Origin: Phycisphaeraceae bacterium
Lineage (GTDB): Bacteria > Planctomycetota > Phycisphaerae > Phycisphaerales > UBA1924
DNA length: 64,000 nucleotides
Direction: 5' to 3'
Assembly (NCBI GenBank): GCA_019636615.1
Contig: JAHBXF010000002.1
Coordinates: 1 to 64,000, forward strand
In this document: piece by piece, positions 61,557-64,000 of the stretch
Layout: each line of letters opens with the position of its first letter
Numbering within the stretch: the stretch's first letter is position 1
Notes under the pieces: model-generated
Database searches by the model: none
What the model was told of the DNA's origin: nothing
What the model saw: only the letters and a program-made list of their open reading frames with translations
Program-made: the position numbers and the translations under genes

Positions 61557-61675
61557 GGCGTCTGGTTTTGGGCCCGGAGTATACGGAGACCCATCGGGAA
61601 TTTCCCCTCGGTGCCTCAGTCCAGGTTCTGATGCTGTGACGAGTGCCTTCAGGCCCGACGCCCTCGATGCGGGGA

Positions 61676-62410
61676 TCAGGCCCGGCCCGGCCCGCCGGCT
61701 TGCAGTCGCCCGCTGGCCCAACGGGCATTCATGATGATCGTTGCGACGCTCCACCCCAGGGCACCGCCCACGATCACGTCCGAGATGTAGTGAGCCCCAA
61801 ACAGGATGCGGAAAAGGCCCACAAGGCCCGCCATGATGTACACCAGCACCCTGAGCGGGGGGTACATCGTGGCCAGGACGGTGGCGAGAGCCCACGCGGC
61901 GGCCGTGTGGTTTGAGGGCACAGACCACAGGTCGCTGGTGCCGCTTTTCCAGAACTCCCACGCGTACCGGGTGATGGTTGTTCCGCCGCGTTCAAACTCG
62001 TAGGCTGTCCACGGTCCCCCGAAGTGGAATGGGTCATCAAGGCGCGGGCGGGGGCGGGCCAGCAGCATTTTGAGCAGCCAGACCGAGAGGGCCGTGGCGA
62101 TGATGGACACGACAGCATCGGCGAGACGCCGGAGTTTGCCCGGGTCGAGCAGCAGAATGGCGGCGGCGCAGATCAGGCACGAGGTCACGGCGCCGAACTG
62201 CTGGAGAAACTCCATCTCGCGGCGGAGGTCGCCCCCAAGCGCGTAACGGCCGCCCGGCTGGAGGTTTCGGACAAGGCCTGCGGCGACCGGATCAAGGGGG
62301 ACGCACAGCGCGGCACAGCCAAGCAGAAGGGCCGCGCGAAGGAGAATCGCGCGGGGGGCGTTGTTTGGTGCGGTATAGTCGGCGGCGATGAGTGGCTCCA
62401 ATGCGGACAT
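61676..62410 (-). CDS. PAP2-family phosphatase (type 2 phosphatidic acid/undecaprenyl-pyrophosphate phosphatase-like)
   Basis: PAP2 motifs KxxxxxxRP (KMLLARPRP), PSNHT (PSNHTAAAWA) and SRxxxxxHxxxD-like (FGAHYISDV). Start at MSALEPLI (ATG 62408-62410). Confidence 0.7.
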   Translation of the reverse strand: MSALEPLIAADYTAPNNAPRAILLRAALLLGCAALCVPLDPVAAGLVRNLQPGGRYALGGDLRREMEFLQQFGAVTSCLICAAAILLLDPGKLRRLADAVVSIIATALSVWLLKMLLARPRPRLDDPFHFGGPWTAYEFERGGTTITRYAWEFWKSGTSDLWSVPSNHTAAAWALATVLATMYPPLRVLVYIMAGLVGLFRILFGAHYISDVIVGGALGWSVATIIMNARWASGRLQAGGPGRA

Positions 62411-64000
62411 CTCGGTGCGTGTCGAAGGCGGTCTGAAATGGGCGTTGGTGGTGACGCTGATCTGCCTAGCAGTGTATCTACCGGGATTCTTTGCGATGCC
62501 GGTGGTAGACCGTGACGAGGCGCGCTTTGCGCAGGCGAGCCGGCAGATGCTCGAGAGCGGCGATGTTGTGGTTCCCCAGATCCAGGGGCGCGACCGCCTG
62601 AACAAGCCGCCGCTGATTTATTGGGCGCAGTCGGCCAGCGCGGGGGCCTTGACGCTCGGCGAGCCCGTGAGGGACAGCGCGTGGATGTACCGCGTGCCCA
62701 GTTTGCTCGCGGCGGTGGCGAGTGTGCTGCTCGTGCTGCGGCTGGGAACGCTGATGTTTGGGCTTCGCGTGGGGATGGTCGCGGCCGTCATGCTCGCGCT
62801 CTCACCCGTGGTATGGTGGGAGGCAAGGCAGGCAAGGTCGGACATGGTGCTGCTGGCCGCCACCACGGCGAGCATGCTGGGCCTGTGGTTGTGCATCAAC
62901 GGGGGAAGACGCGGGGCCGGCACGGGCGCAAGCCCTTGGGGCCTGGCGCTCCTGTGGGGGGGCGTTGCCGCGGGCGTGTTGACCAAGGGGCCGATCACAC
63001 CGTTGGTGGTGCTGCTCGCGGGCATCTCCTGGGCGTGCTGGGTTCGCCGATGGCGGCCGGTTCTGAGCCACACCGCCCCGATCTTCGGGCTTGTCGTGGT
63101 GGTGGCTGTGGCCGCGCCGTGGCTCTTTGCGGTGATGCAACGGGTAGGCCCTGACGTGTATTGGAAGACGGTGCTCGACGAGACGCTGGGCAGAAGCCTG
63201 GCCCCGAAAGAAGGGCACTGGGGCCCCCCGGGGTATCACAGCGCGCTGGTGTGGGCGTTGCTCTTCCCGGCGTCTTTGTACCTCGTCGGTGGGCTGCGGT
63301 GGGCAGTGCGTCACGCACGCCGCGAACGTGCCGGCGCACCCACGGGCGTGCGATCAACCCGCGGGGGCGCGGCGGCCTTCCTGCTGGCTTGGGTGGTGCC
63401 GGTGTGGATCGTCTTCGAAGCGGTGTCGACCAAACTGCCGCACTACACCATGGTCACATACCCGGCGTTGGCTTTGCTCTGCGCCCGCGCGGCGACGATG
63501 CTCCCGGGCTGGTTGACGCTGACGACACGCCCCTTGTGGGCCAGGACGGGGTTGGTCCTCTGGGTTGCGGTGCTCGCGTTGTATGTGATCGCGGGGTTTG
63601 CCGCGGCGGCGGCATCGATCACCCGGGGCAAGTCTATCGGCGGCCTGGGTCTGTTGATCGACAGCGTGGGAGTTGTGGTCGTGCTGGGGATCATTGTTCT
63701 GGCCCGCACATGGGTGCGGCAAAGAGCGTGGGGGCGGTTGCGTGGGCTCTCGCTGGCGTGCGCGGGCTGTGTGCTGGTGATGGTGGGGGTCTCGCTTCCC
63801 CGTTTCGACGCGCTGTGGGTGTCGCGGTCGCTGGGCCAACTCGTGAGGCTGCACGACGCCTCGGGCCAGCGACCGCTTGCCGCGGCGGTGTTTCACGAAG
63901 ATAGCGTCATCTTCGAGTTCCGAGGGGGAATCGAACGGATCGAGGCGGCGGAGATCGACGATTGGCTACGCACCAATCCGCTGGGGCTCGTCATCATGCC
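62388..64000 (+). CDS. Glycosyltransferase family 39 (ArnT/PMT-like polyprenyl-phosphate-sugar transferase), 3'-truncated by the window end
   Basis: Not in the ORF track because no stop lies within the window. Hand translation from ATG 62388 (or GTG 62415) gives ...VDRDEARFAQASRQMLESGDVVVPQIQGRDRLNKPPLIYWAQ..., the GT39/ArnT signature (DE-ARY...E.G.W..P......EKPPL.YW). At least 11 TM helices follow, through to position 64000. Confidence 0.65.
   Translation, partial: MSGSNADISVRVEGGLKWALVVTLICLAVYLPGFFAMPVVDRDEARFAQASRQMLESGDVVVPQIQGRDRLNKPPLIYWAQSASAGALTLGEPVRDSAWMYRVPSLLAAVASVLLVLRLGTLMFGLRVGMVAAVMLALSPVVWWEARQARSDMVLLAATTASMLGLWLCINGGRRGAGTGASPWGLALLWGGVAAGVLTKGPITPLVVLLAGISWACWVRRWRPVLSHTAPIFGLVVVVAVAAPWLFAVMQRVGPDVYWKTVLDETLGRSLAPKEGHWGPPGYHSALVWALLFPASLYLVGGLRWAVRHARRERAGAPTGVRSTRGGAAAFLLAWVVPVWIVFEAVSTKLPHYTMVTYPALALLCARAATMLPGWLTLTTRPLWARTGLVLWVAVLALYVIAGFAAAAASITRGKSIGGLGLLIDSVGVVVVLGIIVLARTWVRQRAWGRLRGLSLACAGCVLVMVGVSLPRFDALWVSRSLGQLVRLHDASGQRPLAAAVFHEDSVIFEFRGGIERIEAAEIDDWLRTNPLGLVIM

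Noticed and set aside
61257-61961. 5' extension of the metB-like ORF (621-aa version)
   Set aside because: The extension overlaps tRNA-Ser(GGA) on the same strand and has Pro/Arg-rich junk composition. The conserved N-terminus starts at MSDPASHDHFGTRCIHAG.

Overview
This window is a 64-kb, high-GC (roughly 68-70%) stretch of bacterial chromosome. The gene content points to Planctomycetota: two DUF1559/H-X9-DG prepilin-like proteins, an 'ETLEARCLLN' N-terminal motif on a giant secreted subtilase, and a PEP-CTERM/exosortase-type polysaccharide locus.

Bases 1-47 are a homopolymer G run, almost certainly a contig-end sequencing artefact. About 50 protein genes and 2 tRNA genes are supported. Housekeeping genes include asnS, pyrD, rseP, deoC, pdhA, lipA, moaA, ribE, metB/metC, der and a C-terminal processing protease. 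They are interleaved with cell-envelope and accessory modules.

The most notable structure is one long minus-strand operon-like array at 32.3-46.7 kb. It contains a Wza-like exporter, an XrtA-like exosortase translationally coupled to EpsI, a giant PrsT-like TPR protein of 1526 aa, a Wzc-like tyrosine autokinase, an NAD-dependent epimerase, a WecA/MraY-family transferase, a ParA-like ATPase and VanZ. Several of these are joined by ATGA/GTGA/TGATG overlaps.

Other points of interest:
- A HigB/RelE-HigA-type toxin-antitoxin pair whose toxin carries an in-frame TAA at a conserved Tyr codon.
- A zinc-ribbon membrane protein paired with an SPFH/COG4260 (B. subtilis YdjI-like) protein, which may be a membrane-stress module.
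- A second flotillin-like SPFH protein.
- A TPR-YggX fusion.
- A 1195-aa S8 subtilase with four PPC domains and a 25-glycine linker encoded by a (GGY)25 microsatellite.
- Several domain-less hypothetical proteins.

No CRISPR array, transposase or integrase was seen. Many long antisense 'shadow' ORFs typical of high-GC DNA were rejected.
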